Origin: Phycisphaeraceae bacterium
Lineage (GTDB): Bacteria > Planctomycetota > Phycisphaerae > Phycisphaerales > Phycisphaeraceae
NCBI GenBank assembly: GCA_963674705.1
Contig: OY771506.1
Span: forward strand, 128,001-192,000
Length of the DNA stretch: 64,000 nt
Reading direction: 5' to 3'
How positions within the stretch are numbered: position 1 is the stretch's first letter; every line of letters begins with the position of its first letter. The notes under the pieces are model-generated. The model was not told the DNA's origin, did not search any database, and worked only from the letters and a program-made list of their open reading frames with translations. Position numbers and translations under genes: made by a program. Below are positions 29,555 to 39,787 of this stretch, in pieces.

Positions 29555-31216
29555 AATTCTATCGTCTCTTATGAGTATTGCTCTATAGAATGCTTGCAAG
29601 TGATAACCATGACGGGCCCTTTAGGGCCTATTCATCACGGATTTACGCGGTTTTAATGGTTTTCAGGGCGGTATTTCCCGGGCCGAGGGCGCAAAGATGC
29701 TGTGTCACCGAACACCCGGGCCGTACGGATACCCTCTGCGCTGCCATCATCCACCCACACATGGCATAACCGTGACGGACGGGCGAGCGGTTGTTCTTAA
29801 CTTCTACAACTGAGTTATGTTGAGGCGAGAATCATCGAGCGGCATCCACAGCGTTGCCGGAACCTGCACACCCGACACGAGCACTGACGGCCTCCAACCG
29901 GACGGCTTTCGCCGACAGGGGCAGGCCGTGCTTCTGAAACACGTATGCGCCTCAAGCTATCTATTGAGGTTCAACTGGTATTGCGATTCATGGTTAAGCT
30001 CCTTGTTGCTTGCACTGATCACGTAAGGCGGCGCTATTGACCGCATACGGATAGGCCGTTGCATAGCGAGGCTATGGCGTTGTTCTGATGATCGCGGATC
30101 TGGGTTGAGGTGATCGGCAAGCCGGGCATGCGGCATGCCGGCATTTTGACGGGGCGCAGCCCGGCCCGGCAGGGCTTGCCGGGGTGGATGTGTCTATCGT
30201 TATTAAGAATTACCTTGTGCGCCCGTTGATCGCTTATCCGCAAGCCGCGGGAGCTATTGGCGCTGTGTTGTTTCGCAATCGTCTGAAGTACCGTTTCAAG
30301 TTTCCGGCCGGTCTGAACACAGCCGCCTCCCATCCCTGCCCTGCCCGTCATCCTGACCCCCTGCCGCTTGTGTATGTTCATCCATACTCATGACGCAAGG
30401 GCTTGAGTCTACAACGTATATTCTCGAAATCAATGGTGTAGTTTAATAATTCTTATATTTTTAGATTGGAGTTCTGGCCCGACGGCGGCCGGATGTGCTT
30501 ATACGCATGATATCACGCATGTGCGCGTCATGGAAGGTGTTCTTGTTGAATAAAAAAATAATTGCGTATGCTCCGCCGCGGAACACATGGAACAATACCG
30601 TGGCTGGTACATCGATGACATCGCAAGACTCTTAAACAAACGAAAGCAATGCCTGTTAACACAAAATGCGTACGTCGAAATGTGCCGGACGTCCCACCAA
30701 ACGGGACACATCCGTGGTGGCTTGATTAATCGCGCACGAATACACCCGCTTTTTACCGTGTTTTTTCGGCATTGCCGGGTTCGGCAACAATTCCCAGTTC
30801 TTCCCAACGCACAAACCGACAACTACAACAATGCCGGGAACATCGTTCACGCGATTCATGACAGCGCGTGGCTTTTTCAAAACCGTGCGAGCATGTATCG
30901 TCTCTCTCGGCACAAAACAAACAGCACGACATACGAGGTTGCTGCATATATGCGAAATCATTCCGATCCGGCAGGAAATGCTATTGATCTTCATGCCTGC
31001 GTGTCGTAGCGTGGGTTGTGTTACGCGCGTCGGCCAACAGACGCAATCATATCCAGCGTCGACACGGCAGCGGCGACGGGGGGCGGGGAAGAAAATAAAT
31101 TCCGTTTTAGAATTAACGGTTGATTTCATTCTATATCAGTTTAACATGGGGTCGGCCCGTCGGGCGTCCGACGGGGTGACAGCACAAACCGGCAGAGCCG
31201 GAAAGGAGAGTGGATC

Positions 31217-31396
31217 ATGGTGGCTTGCGTAGAAAGCAAACGGAAGGCGATGGATGCGGTGTTGGCGGAGCGGCGGGAGCGTACCGGGGGAGGTGGGCGA
31301 CTGGTCGCCGACACCGGGCGTGATGTGATCGGGCGGACGCTGTCCAAGGACAGTGAGTCGTTTGTCAGCCATTCGCGTCAAGAGAGTGGAGAGTAG
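31217..31396 (+). CDS. Pup/UBact-like small protein modifier, 59 aa (missed by the ORF track)
   Basis: AAGGAG RBS at 31203-31208; translation MVACVESKRKAMDAVLAERRERTGGGGRLVADTGRDVIGRTLSKDSESFVSHSRQESGE*; the C-terminus resembles Pup (FV..Y.QKGG[QE]); stop is 2 nt before the PafA/Dop-like ATG. Confidence 0.8.
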   Translation: MVACVESKRKAMDAVLAERRERTGGGGRLVADTGRDVIGRTLSKDSESFVSHSRQESGE

Positions 31397-31398
31397 CC

Positions 31399-33963
31399 AT
31401 GCACGGGTGTATGGGGAACGAGACTGAGTACGCGATCGCCCCCATGCCCCAGTCGTTGCCGGCGGATAGCACGCGCGCCGATCGTTCGCGACGGCGACGT
31501 GCAGCCGGCGGCGGCTCGGGTGGGGCCGTTCCATTGTTAGAAGAAGTCATCGAGCAGGTCAGTAGTTCGACACGCGCCCGGCTCAAGGCGGCCACGGGCT
31601 ATGCGGAGCGGTCCGGCTACTTTCTGACCAACGGCTCACGTGCGTATCGTGACGGCGCGCATGTTGAGTACGCCACGCCCGAAGTCACCGACCCGGCTTC
31701 ACTGGTGTGTCACGTGCTCGCCGGCGAGCGGATGGTGCTGGCGGGTTTGTTACAGGCAAAGAAGGTGCATCGCAACTGGCGCGAGGTGAGGCTCTACAAA
31801 ACCAATCAGAGCTACGGTGACCGCCCCGCTTCTTTCGGGTGTCATGAGAATTACAGCTACAGCGTGGATGTGTTTCGGTTATACGATCCGCTTCAGCCGT
31901 TTCTGTGTTCGCGGGTGATCTATACCGGGGCCGGGGGTTACGATGTGAGGCACCCGTTGCGGTTTTCGCTTTCGCCCCGGGTAAGTTTTCTCAGAAGCGC
32001 GGTCGGCGGTGACAGCCGCGCGCTGATTAACGGACGTGATGAAGCATTGGCTGCGCCGCCCTTCCGCCGGTTACACATACTCTGTGGTGAATCCTCGTGC
32101 AGCCACCTGGTGATGTATCTGAAGGTCGGGACCACGGCGATTGTGATCGCGATGGCGGAAGCCGGCATCAATCCGGGCGCGGATGTGATGCCTGTCGACG
32201 TCATGGACGCGATGCGGCGGTTTGTGCTCGACCCGACGTGCACCGTGGCTGTACCCGTGATCGGTGCCGAGAGGTCTGTCACGGCGATCGATATGCAACG
32301 GGCGTATCTCGAAGCGGCGCAGACTCATATCGGCGCGGATTGGATGCCTGCCTGGGCGCCGGGGGTTGTGCAGCGCTGGCGCGAGGTGTTGGAATTGTTG
32401 GCCGAAGGCGCCCCCTACTCGGTATCGACGAAGCTGGACTGGGCGATCAAGTGGTCGCTGCATGAATCGTTCTGCCGAGACAGGGGTTTTACGATCGAGC
32501 AGGTTCAGGAGTGGGACCGTGATATCAGCGAGATCGCGGAGACGTGCGGCGTGGGGCCCGGCGCGCTACAGTCACGGCAAGCCGATGTGTTGGTGAACGA
32601 TCCGCGTGTCATCAGGAAGCTGATCCAGCCGCACCCGCTGTTTGAGCATAACCGGGAGCGTGACAAAAAGTGGGAGCGTCTTGCTGATGCGCTCACGCTG
32701 CGGTCGCAGTTGAACGAGATCGACACGCGATTTGCCGAGATCGGTCCCGATGGCTTGTTTAACCAACTTGATGCGGCGGGCGTGCTGGGGCACCGTTTGC
32801 CGGAGGTAGATGAAGAAAGGATATGTCGAGCGATGGAACAACCACCAGACGATACGCGCGCCCGCATCCGCGCCGAGGCGATCGAGCGGGTCAATCGCAG
32901 CCGAAGGAAGAAACAATACCGAGCGGACTGGCACTGTGTATACATGGCGGATCAGCGCATCCGCCTTGACCTGTCGGAGCTTTGGAATCTATCACCAAGC
33001 TGGCGGCGGTATCCTCGGCGGCGTGATGAACTATCGATGTTTGAAGAGGTCCTGTCGGAACGACCTCCGGGCCCGACGATCGACGAGGTGGTGAATGCGT
33101 ATCAGAGAGCGAGTTTTATGAAAGCCCGTGCATTATCGATGCAGTTGATCGATATGCGGCCGGCGCGAGAGCATGGCAGGCCGTGCTACGCAACTTCGGA
33201 CGTTGGACGGGCGCTGCGTTACCTGGCGTGGGCCACGGCAAGGCTCGGGCTTGGCGATCCGGCCGTTTTGCTCGACAGGATCCACGATCGGGAAAACGAG
33301 CGAACGGACGTGGTCGGCGATTACCTGTTTGTCTACACGGTGATGGCGCTATCGCCGCCGCCGCAGATCGAACGCTGGATCGTGACGGCCAACCTGATGC
33401 ACCTGCGCTTGGGCCGAACGACCATCGATCTTGCCGAACCGTTGGGTTACCACCTGCTTTGCCAAGGCAGGCTTGAAGCAGCGAGGCGGATGCTTGAGCC
33501 TTATGCGGAGAGTACGGAGGTGCTGCGTGGGATGCGTGTGCGGACGAACCTTTTCAGGATTTACCTGCGGATGGGCGATCGCGACAAGGCCGAGCAGATG
33601 CTGCAGCAGATGAACAGCCGAACGGGCAGACGGTACCTGGGACTGATGGCGGAATACCTGCTGCCCTGCAAAGCCAAGCTGACCGAAGATGTCGACCTTC
33701 GCCGCCGACTCTTGCGGCAGGCCTGTCTGATCCACAAGATGCAGAACAACACATTCGGGCAGGTCAAGATCAACCTGCTACGCACCCGCGCGTGCGGCGA
33801 CGTAGGCTTCGCAGATGACCTTCGTCACCAGATCATCCATGACGCGGTCAGCGTGCCGACACTGCATCACTGCAAGAAGTTCGATCGAATCCAGCGCCAC
33901 TGGCGGGCGTGGTCGATGACGGATGAACCGGATGAGCACGGCGACTATTGGTGGGGGCTGTGA
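31399..33963 (+). CDS. Pup-ligase/deamidase (PafA/Dop family) enzyme with a ~320-aa C-terminal helical (TPR-like) extension
   Basis: GNETEY, FLTNGSRAYRDGAHVEYATPE, YKTN...SFGCHENY, PFLCSRVIYTGAG, INGRDEAL, RRLHILCGES, LKVGTT, LDWAIK, PPDDTRARIR. Confidence 0.88.
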   Translation: MHGCMGNETEYAIAPMPQSLPADSTRADRSRRRRAAGGGSGGAVPLLEEVIEQVSSSTRARLKAATGYAERSGYFLTNGSRAYRDGAHVEYATPEVTDPASLVCHVLAGERMVLAGLLQAKKVHRNWREVRLYKTNQSYGDRPASFGCHENYSYSVDVFRLYDPLQPFLCSRVIYTGAGGYDVRHPLRFSLSPRVSFLRSAVGGDSRALINGRDEALAAPPFRRLHILCGESSCSHLVMYLKVGTTAIVIAMAEAGINPGADVMPVDVMDAMRRFVLDPTCTVAVPVIGAERSVTAIDMQRAYLEAAQTHIGADWMPAWAPGVVQRWREVLELLAEGAPYSVSTKLDWAIKWSLHESFCRDRGFTIEQVQEWDRDISEIAETCGVGPGALQSRQADVLVNDPRVIRKLIQPHPLFEHNRERDKKWERLADALTLRSQLNEIDTRFAEIGPDGLFNQLDAAGVLGHRLPEVDEERICRAMEQPPDDTRARIRAEAIERVNRSRRKKQYRADWHCVYMADQRIRLDLSELWNLSPSWRRYPRRRDELSMFEEVLSERPPGPTIDEVVNAYQRASFMKARALSMQLIDMRPAREHGRPCYATSDVGRALRYLAWATARLGLGDPAVLLDRIHDRENERTDVVGDYLFVYTVMALSPPPQIERWIVTANLMHLRLGRTTIDLAEPLGYHLLCQGRLEAARRMLEPYAESTEVLRGMRVRTNLFRIYLRMGDRDKAEQMLQQMNSRTGRRYLGLMAEYLLPCKAKLTEDVDLRRRLLRQACLIHKMQNNTFGQVKINLLRTRACGDVGFADDLRHQIIHDAVSVPTLHHCKKFDRIQRHWRAWSMTDEPDEHGDYWWGL

Positions 33964-34123
33964 TGAATTACGGCTGCGGCATGTTGAGCGCAACTTGTAC
34001 GAATCTACCCGCAACAAAGTGGACGATGCTTCCAAAAGAGAAGCATCGTCCATTCATTTCCCGGTGTTATCTCAGGCGCACGGTCCATGCCAAGTGAATC
34101 CGTCGCGGTGACAAACGCGTCCC

Positions 34124-35254
34124 CTACTCAACTTCGACCTTCAGCGTCACCGTCGGGTGCGTGTTGGGGGCGGTGACGGCGTTTAGGACTTCGAAGGCGA
34201 GGTCTACCGAAGTCTTTCGTTCGATGGTTCTGACATCAAGACGCTTGGTGCTGTGTGGTTCGAGCTTGATTACATCCGCGTCAAGATGGAACGTCATGTC
34301 GGACTGATTTTTAAGCAGATACTCGACGTCCGAGTTGTTTTCGATCGTGACGGTAAGCACTGACAGCTTGCCGGGGTAGTGGGCCTTCTTAATGGCCAGC
34401 GACGCCTTGATGAGCGGCACGAGTTGCTCTTCGCGGCCGATCAGTGTGTTCTTGAACCACACAGCGGTACGGCGTGCCTGGAGGGCTTCCTTGATGCCGT
34501 CGGCGGATCGTTCGGTGGCAAACACCAGCGTGACGGGTCGATGCCCGCCGGCCGGCACGTCGTACTCCCAATCGATGATCCCGTGGATATCTGAATTGCC
34601 CATGATCGCCAGGTTATGGTCGAGGGCGATTTGCAGCGCTTCATCGGAGTAAGACCCGCTGTTGACGACTTCGATGCCTTGGATGAGTTCTTCCCGGATA
34701 AGCTCGCGGTGCATGTCGGTCAGCGTGGCGATGCCGTCGGGGCGTTGAGCCTTCCAGGCGGGATGGTTCCATGTCGTAAAAGCCCCCTGCCGCTTCGCTT
34801 CGCGGAAAACAGCGATGGGATCGTCCATAAGCAGCGGATTGGCGTCTTGAAGAAGGATGGCGTTGCAATGCCCCGGTGGCATATCCCGTGTGACTTCCGA
34901 GCCGTTGAGGATGATCAATGGCTGGTTCTCTGCCTCCTTGACCGCGACCTGATAGGAACGGTTTCTGTCGGGATGCGGGATGTCATCCTTGTGTGGTTGA
35001 TATTCAAGGTGATCGGTCATGGCGATGGCGTCGAGGCCGTCGCGCAGGGCTTCCTGCACACGGATGTTGGGCCAGACGCTGCCGTCCGAAAAGACGGTAT
35101 GCATGTGAAAGTCGCACTTGAGCGTCAGGTAACCCGGCACGTCGGGCAGTTCGATTCGGCGCTGATCCATGTGCGTTTGCTGTGCGTAGGCGAACCAGGG
35201 AAGCAGTAGCGTGAGGGTCAAACCGAGTAGGAGTTTATTCATGCCGGGCCTCAA
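34124..35254 (-). CDS. Secreted PHP-domain metallo-phosphoesterase
   Basis: Signal peptide; DFHMHTVFSDG, AMTDH, GHCNA, WNHP, GNSDIH. Confidence 0.85.
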   Translation of the reverse strand: MRPGMNKLLLGLTLTLLLPWFAYAQQTHMDQRRIELPDVPGYLTLKCDFHMHTVFSDGSVWPNIRVQEALRDGLDAIAMTDHLEYQPHKDDIPHPDRNRSYQVAVKEAENQPLIILNGSEVTRDMPPGHCNAILLQDANPLLMDDPIAVFREAKRQGAFTTWNHPAWKAQRPDGIATLTDMHRELIREELIQGIEVVNSGSYSDEALQIALDHNLAIMGNSDIHGIIDWEYDVPAGGHRPVTLVFATERSADGIKEALQARRTAVWFKNTLIGREEQLVPLIKASLAIKKAHYPGKLSVLTVTIENNSDVEYLLKNQSDMTFHLDADVIKLEPHSTKRLDVRTIERKTSVDLAFEVLNAVTAPNTHPTVTLKVEVE

Positions 35255-35445
35255 AGTGTGTAAGAAGGGTCGTCTCAGTTGACTTGATTGGCCACGAAGT
35301 TTCCGATGAACCGGTGATTGACTCGACCAAACGATCGCGTCTGGAAAGCACTATCCAATCAGGCTTTGTAATGATACTTGAAGACCGCTCTGCAGACGAT
35401 ACGTCCGGGACGCAATGTATGGCGCCGGCAGCCTGGCGGGCGGAA

Positions 35446-35473
35446 GTGAAAGCGGAGAGGGTGGGATTCGAAC
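35446..35473 (-). mobile_element. att-like direct repeat of the tRNA-Ser 3' end (distal boundary of the islet)
   Basis: GTGAAAGCGGAGAGGGTGGGATTCGAAC versus GTGAAAAGCGGAGAGGGCGGGATTCGAAC at 45538-45566. Confidence 0.8.
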
Positions 35474-35735
35474 AGGCCCGCCGGGTCGAAAATCGGCGTT
35501 TCTGGCTTGCCAAGAGGGCTTCCAGATGAATATTGGGCGCGATTTAGGGCGCAGCGATCATCACAGGATCGCCGGCTTAGTGAAGGTTGGATACCGACTG
35601 ATCCGAGAACCAGACTTATCGAATAATGGCAGAGATCTAACTTAATCTCCGTGAGCGACCTCGGAGATAGTGTTGATTTTTTTACAATTACACGGCAATC
35701 CGGTTAGATACTAAAGCACTTGCCGACTACGTCGA

Positions 35736-37289
35736 TCATTCCGATTCAGAACTGTTGTGGATTACATCAGAAGTTGAGTCTGTCAACTTAACGAATAGCA
35801 CGACCTCACGATCAAAGGGCACGTCCAATTCTCGCTTTGAGTTTCCCGACAGTACCGCCGATTCCACTAAGGTCTCAGCCGTGAGAGGGTCCCACCACTC
35901 AACCGTGTAAGGGCCTTGCCCATCGGACAGGTCTAGTTCAATAACATCATCCCCGGGTACATAAACCAGGTACGTGACGCCGGGATCGGCCAGACAGAAT
36001 CCTGTCGATGAAAGGCTGTTGCTGGGCTTCGCCCGAGCGAGGTCCATGCGTGACGTGTATTCGATCGCCTTGCCCAGTGATCGGCGTGGCGACTCGAGCG
36101 CACGCGGGAACGGCCGGCCCAGCACCTTACCGTCGTACGTATCCATCAGGATCGGATTCAAACCACGGGTTACAGACTTCCAGACCCACGCCGCGTCGCC
36201 ACCGATGCCCCAGAGATGATCCGTATCGCTGAGCACGACCTTGACCCCCTCCATATCGGGCGGGTCGTCTCGGAAACCGCCCTCCTTGTTCGGTGAAATC
36301 CAGTCCGCGGGGCTGTCAAAAAGTGCCTGGTTCTTGCCGTGATTGTTCTGGTAGGTCATACCCACCGGGTGTTGCTTGGGCATGTCTTTCTCGACGTCCT
36401 TGATGAAGCGGATCATGTGGTACTGCCACTGTGTCGAGGCAGGATGCGTTTCGTTAGAGATCTCATACAAAACGTTGTCACACTCGTTGAGAGTCCGGAC
36501 GAGTTCACGGACATATGCTTCCTGTATCGCCGTGACGTTTGGATCGATCATCTGGTGGATCTCGATACCCTTGCCATCGCCGTTTGTATCGCCGTCGATA
36601 CCGTTGATGTTATTCGCGGGATTGAATGGGTGGTTGGCCCAGGCTTCTTTCTGGAACTGTACGCCGTAGCCTTCGAACAGCATGATCGACATGTAGATGC
36701 CCCGCGACCCGGCCTTTTCTACACGTGTCCTGAGCCTGTCAAGGTACGGCTGATTCATGGTAGTAAGGTCGAACTTCGGCTTACCATCCAGCGCTGTGCC
36801 CGGGCCTGTCCGCGCCCACGGATGAGGCGCCACAAAATGGTTTGCATTGCGCCATGCCCGGCTCTTCATCTTTGTCGTGTCCCACCGGGTCGGTTCCCAA
36901 GTCCATCCGCGTGTAAAGTTATGACCGTGTGACTCGAGCCACGTCAGGTACGCATCAAAATCAAATTCCGCGGGCGGATCGGACGGACCGAAGTCCACTA
37001 GGTTCGTCCATGTGTGCGAACCGGCCAGCAGGATCGCCCGGCCGGTGTTGTCCGTGAAGTAGCGCGGGTTGTCAGGATGAACCCTCAGCGGGCCATCCGC
37101 CTGAGCCTCCACCGCTAACAACGAATACATAGAGAGAAGCAGAACCAGCCAACAACGAGTCGTGCCATGCTTTACACACACTTTAGTGTTTCGCCTTGCA
37201 TTAAGGGCGAATTCTATGGTGTCCATGGGCGTACTCCTACGCCGGCAATCGTGTGAATCCAGCCTTAAATAATTAAGACCTACTAACAA
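35736..37289 (-). CDS. Secreted putative glycoside hydrolase (clan A-like, DUF4038-related) with C-terminal beta-sandwich
   Basis: PLRVHPDNPRYF, NVLYEISNE, YLVYVP...VEWWDP; start uncertain (possibly 37226). Confidence 0.6.
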   Translation of the reverse strand: MLVGLNYLRLDSHDCRRRSTPMDTIEFALNARRNTKVCVKHGTTRCWLVLLLSMYSLLAVEAQADGPLRVHPDNPRYFTDNTGRAILLAGSHTWTNLVDFGPSDPPAEFDFDAYLTWLESHGHNFTRGWTWEPTRWDTTKMKSRAWRNANHFVAPHPWARTGPGTALDGKPKFDLTTMNQPYLDRLRTRVEKAGSRGIYMSIMLFEGYGVQFQKEAWANHPFNPANNINGIDGDTNGDGKGIEIHQMIDPNVTAIQEAYVRELVRTLNECDNVLYEISNETHPASTQWQYHMIRFIKDVEKDMPKQHPVGMTYQNNHGKNQALFDSPADWISPNKEGGFRDDPPDMEGVKVVLSDTDHLWGIGGDAAWVWKSVTRGLNPILMDTYDGKVLGRPFPRALESPRRSLGKAIEYTSRMDLARAKPSNSLSSTGFCLADPGVTYLVYVPGDDVIELDLSDGQGPYTVEWWDPLTAETLVESAVLSGNSKRELDVPFDREVVLFVKLTDSTSDVIHNSSESE

Positions 37290-37344
37290 AGCCTATAGCT
37301 AGTCCATGCCTATTTCTTTCTTCTCAGCTGTTCGCCATTCCGGC

Positions 37345-38496
37345 TCATTCTGTCTTCAGCTTAAATTTGCCGAAGTGGATGTGGGTGCGGTGGCGGTCTT
37401 CGGTGCCACTGTCCCAGACGGCGCGGAAGTCGCCGGGGGCGACCTCGATGAAAGTGGGATAGGAGTTCTTGATGCCGGCATCATAGAAGGTTTTCTCCTC
37501 GCTCCACTGCCCGCCAGCGGGTTTGGTCTTGTACCGCAGGGCAGAGCGCAGGCCGACGGGGCCGTCGTTGTACACGTAGATGTGCGTGCCGTCGTCGGCC
37601 CGGCCATAGAAGCCCTTGGACTTGGCATTATGGAGCTGGGGTTCCTGCTGCGCGGGGCTCCAGGATCGGCCGCCGTCGGTGCTGGTGCTTGAGAAGGCAC
37701 GTGGCGGGTCGGTCCCGAGGCGGTCGTTATCGTAGTTGGCGGTGCGCATGACCATTTTGAGTTCGCCGGGTGCATCGCCGGGCGCGATGTTCCCCTCATG
37801 CAGGAAGACTTTGCCGGCGGGCGGCTGGGGGATGTAGGACTCGAGCTTCCATTCGAGCAGGCTCGTGCTGCTGAGCACGAACTGGTCGCGCGAGCCAAGC
37901 GGGTCTTTCTGGAGTGTGTTGCGGTGCGCGGGCAGGAGGAAGCGTTTCTGACCGTCGATCTGCGTCTCGTAGAGGCCTGCAACGACAATCAGCGGGCCGG
38001 TGTAGTGCATCGCCATCTCGACGGGCGTCCAAGACCTTCCGCCGTCGGCGCTGAACGCGCCCACGAGCTGCGACTCCTCGCTGTTGCGGTACACGATCGG
38101 ACAGCGCATGGCGAAGCACCAGAGCACGTCCTGACCGGTCGGCTTGAAGAGGATCGCGTTGGCGTAGGCGAACTGGATCGATCCTTGCCAACGATTGTGA
38201 TCGAAGATGACAACCGGATCGCTCCAGGTGTCACCGTCATCTTTGGAGATACTGGCCATGATATCTCCCATGTCTGTCTTGCCTGGAATTGTCGCACCAA
38301 AAGCGGCCACCAAGTGTTTGCCTTCCCACTGCGCTATATATGGTTGCCATAGCCGGGCCGATCCCGGATGTTTGTCCAAGTGACGGATAGTGCGCACATC
38401 GGTGACGTCGCCAGTGTAGGACGGTTCCTCAGCAAAGCTGGCGGACACGACGAACCAGAGGCAGATGAAAGTGCAGATCGTCTGGCGATTGCTCAT
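37345..38496 (-). CDS. BNR/Asp-box beta-propeller, sialidase-like
   Basis: Signal peptide; Asp-boxes SKDDGDTW, SADGGRSW, STDGGRSW; SYPT. Confidence 0.8.
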   Translation of the reverse strand: MSNRQTICTFICLWFVVSASFAEEPSYTGDVTDVRTIRHLDKHPGSARLWQPYIAQWEGKHLVAAFGATIPGKTDMGDIMASISKDDGDTWSDPVVIFDHNRWQGSIQFAYANAILFKPTGQDVLWCFAMRCPIVYRNSEESQLVGAFSADGGRSWTPVEMAMHYTGPLIVVAGLYETQIDGQKRFLLPAHRNTLQKDPLGSRDQFVLSSTSLLEWKLESYIPQPPAGKVFLHEGNIAPGDAPGELKMVMRTANYDNDRLGTDPPRAFSSTSTDGGRSWSPAQQEPQLHNAKSKGFYGRADDGTHIYVYNDGPVGLRSALRYKTKPAGGQWSEEKTFYDAGIKNSYPTFIEVAPGDFRAVWDSGTEDRHRTHIHFGKFKLKTE

Positions 38497-38648
38497 ATCG
38501 GGCCCTCCTTGATTGTAAATTATTATGAATTAAGAATATATAAGTGTAAACAAGCGTACTGGCCCTGCTTCCATAGATGTTAATAAAAGATTCTGTTATT
38601 ACAAATAAAAGTAATTGATAAATAAGAATTTTTAATTAGACTCCAGAT

Positions 38649-39740
38649 ATGAAAGTCGAACAGGCTCAAACGCCCCGAGTGCTCGAACTGGCCCGTCGGA
38701 TCGAGTCGGACATCGCCAAACGAGGTCTACAACCTGGTGATGCTTATCTGAACACTGGAGAGGTGGCACAAATGCTTGGGGTCAACCGCATGGTCGCCAA
38801 CCGCGCCATGCAGCTATTGGCTCAAAAAAGGCGGATCGTCCGTAAGCAGCGGCACGGCACTACCATTTCGGAGCCCTCTACCACGCACCTTTCACAACCA
38901 ATCGAATCGTTGCTGCTGCTGGTTCAAACTCACTATCTTTCCAGTGAAGGCCTGCTGGGAGATGGTGTGATCGTAGGCATCAGCCATGAGTTCCCGGGGC
39001 TCGATGTCCAGTTTATATACGTGTCATCGGGCAACGAATTGGGGCTCGTGGATCAGACGATCAATCGTTGCCTGCGTTCAGAGAAAACAACTGGGTTACT
39101 ACTGGTGCGGTCATCGCTGGAGACACAACGGCTGGTGATGGAATGCGGGTTGCCGGCGGTGATTTACGGCACGCCACAACCATCAATCACTTCGCTTTCT
39201 TCCATAGACCGCGACCAGTATCAGATCGGCCAACTCTGCGCAAACCATGTGCTGTCGCGCGGACAGCGGCGTCTGCTGGTGCTTATGCGCGATCGGATGC
39301 ATGCCGGTGAGCCGGCGTTTCAAGATGGATTGCAGGCTGCCGCTTCCAGACACGGTCTCACGCTTGACTCTGTGTACTTCCGCGATCTGCCTGCAGACAA
39401 ACCCGCGGTAGACGCCGAAGTTCGCAAGCTGTTGCACACCGATCCCACTTCATTGGGTATCATCGCTCGCAGCGAAGCATTGGCGGATGGGGCGGTGCAA
39501 GCCATTGAAAACCATGGTTTGGTGGTGGGGCAAGACGTGTCTCTGGCGGTCGCTGATGTGTATCGTTGTGGCAATTCTGCCCCACCACGATATCCCTACA
39601 TCAAGGGTCGTTTAACACCCGAACAACAGGGGCGAGAAATAGGAGTTCTCCTGAGGGAGGCGGTCATGGGCCTGCCCGTTCGACACGTGACGGTCCCTGT
39701 CGACTTGGAACCTCGAAACATAACACAAGATCTTGGATGA
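38649..39740 (+). CDS. GntR-HTH / LacI-type ligand-binding regulator
   Basis: LQPGDAY...EVAQMLGVNRMVANRAMQLL...RHGT winged HTH plus periplasmic-binding-like domain. Confidence 0.8.
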   Translation: MKVEQAQTPRVLELARRIESDIAKRGLQPGDAYLNTGEVAQMLGVNRMVANRAMQLLAQKRRIVRKQRHGTTISEPSTTHLSQPIESLLLLVQTHYLSSEGLLGDGVIVGISHEFPGLDVQFIYVSSGNELGLVDQTINRCLRSEKTTGLLLVRSSLETQRLVMECGLPAVIYGTPQPSITSLSSIDRDQYQIGQLCANHVLSRGQRRLLVLMRDRMHAGEPAFQDGLQAAASRHGLTLDSVYFRDLPADKPAVDAEVRKLLHTDPTSLGIIARSEALADGAVQAIENHGLVVGQDVSLAVADVYRCGNSAPPRYPYIKGRLTPEQQGREIGVLLREAVMGLPVRHVTVPVDLEPRNITQDLG

Positions 39741-39787
39741 TTGGAGCCGGTGCCCGCATACTTTTTATTAAAAAGTGGGGTGTTGTG

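Noticed and set aside
29578..31232. Track ORFs in the LysR-Pup spacer
   Set aside because: No motifs, Cys/Arg-rich noise-like composition, and they overlap each other on both strands.
35446..35473. Second tRNA gene
   Set aside because: Only part of the T-arm and the acceptor 3' strand are present; treated as an att-like repeat.
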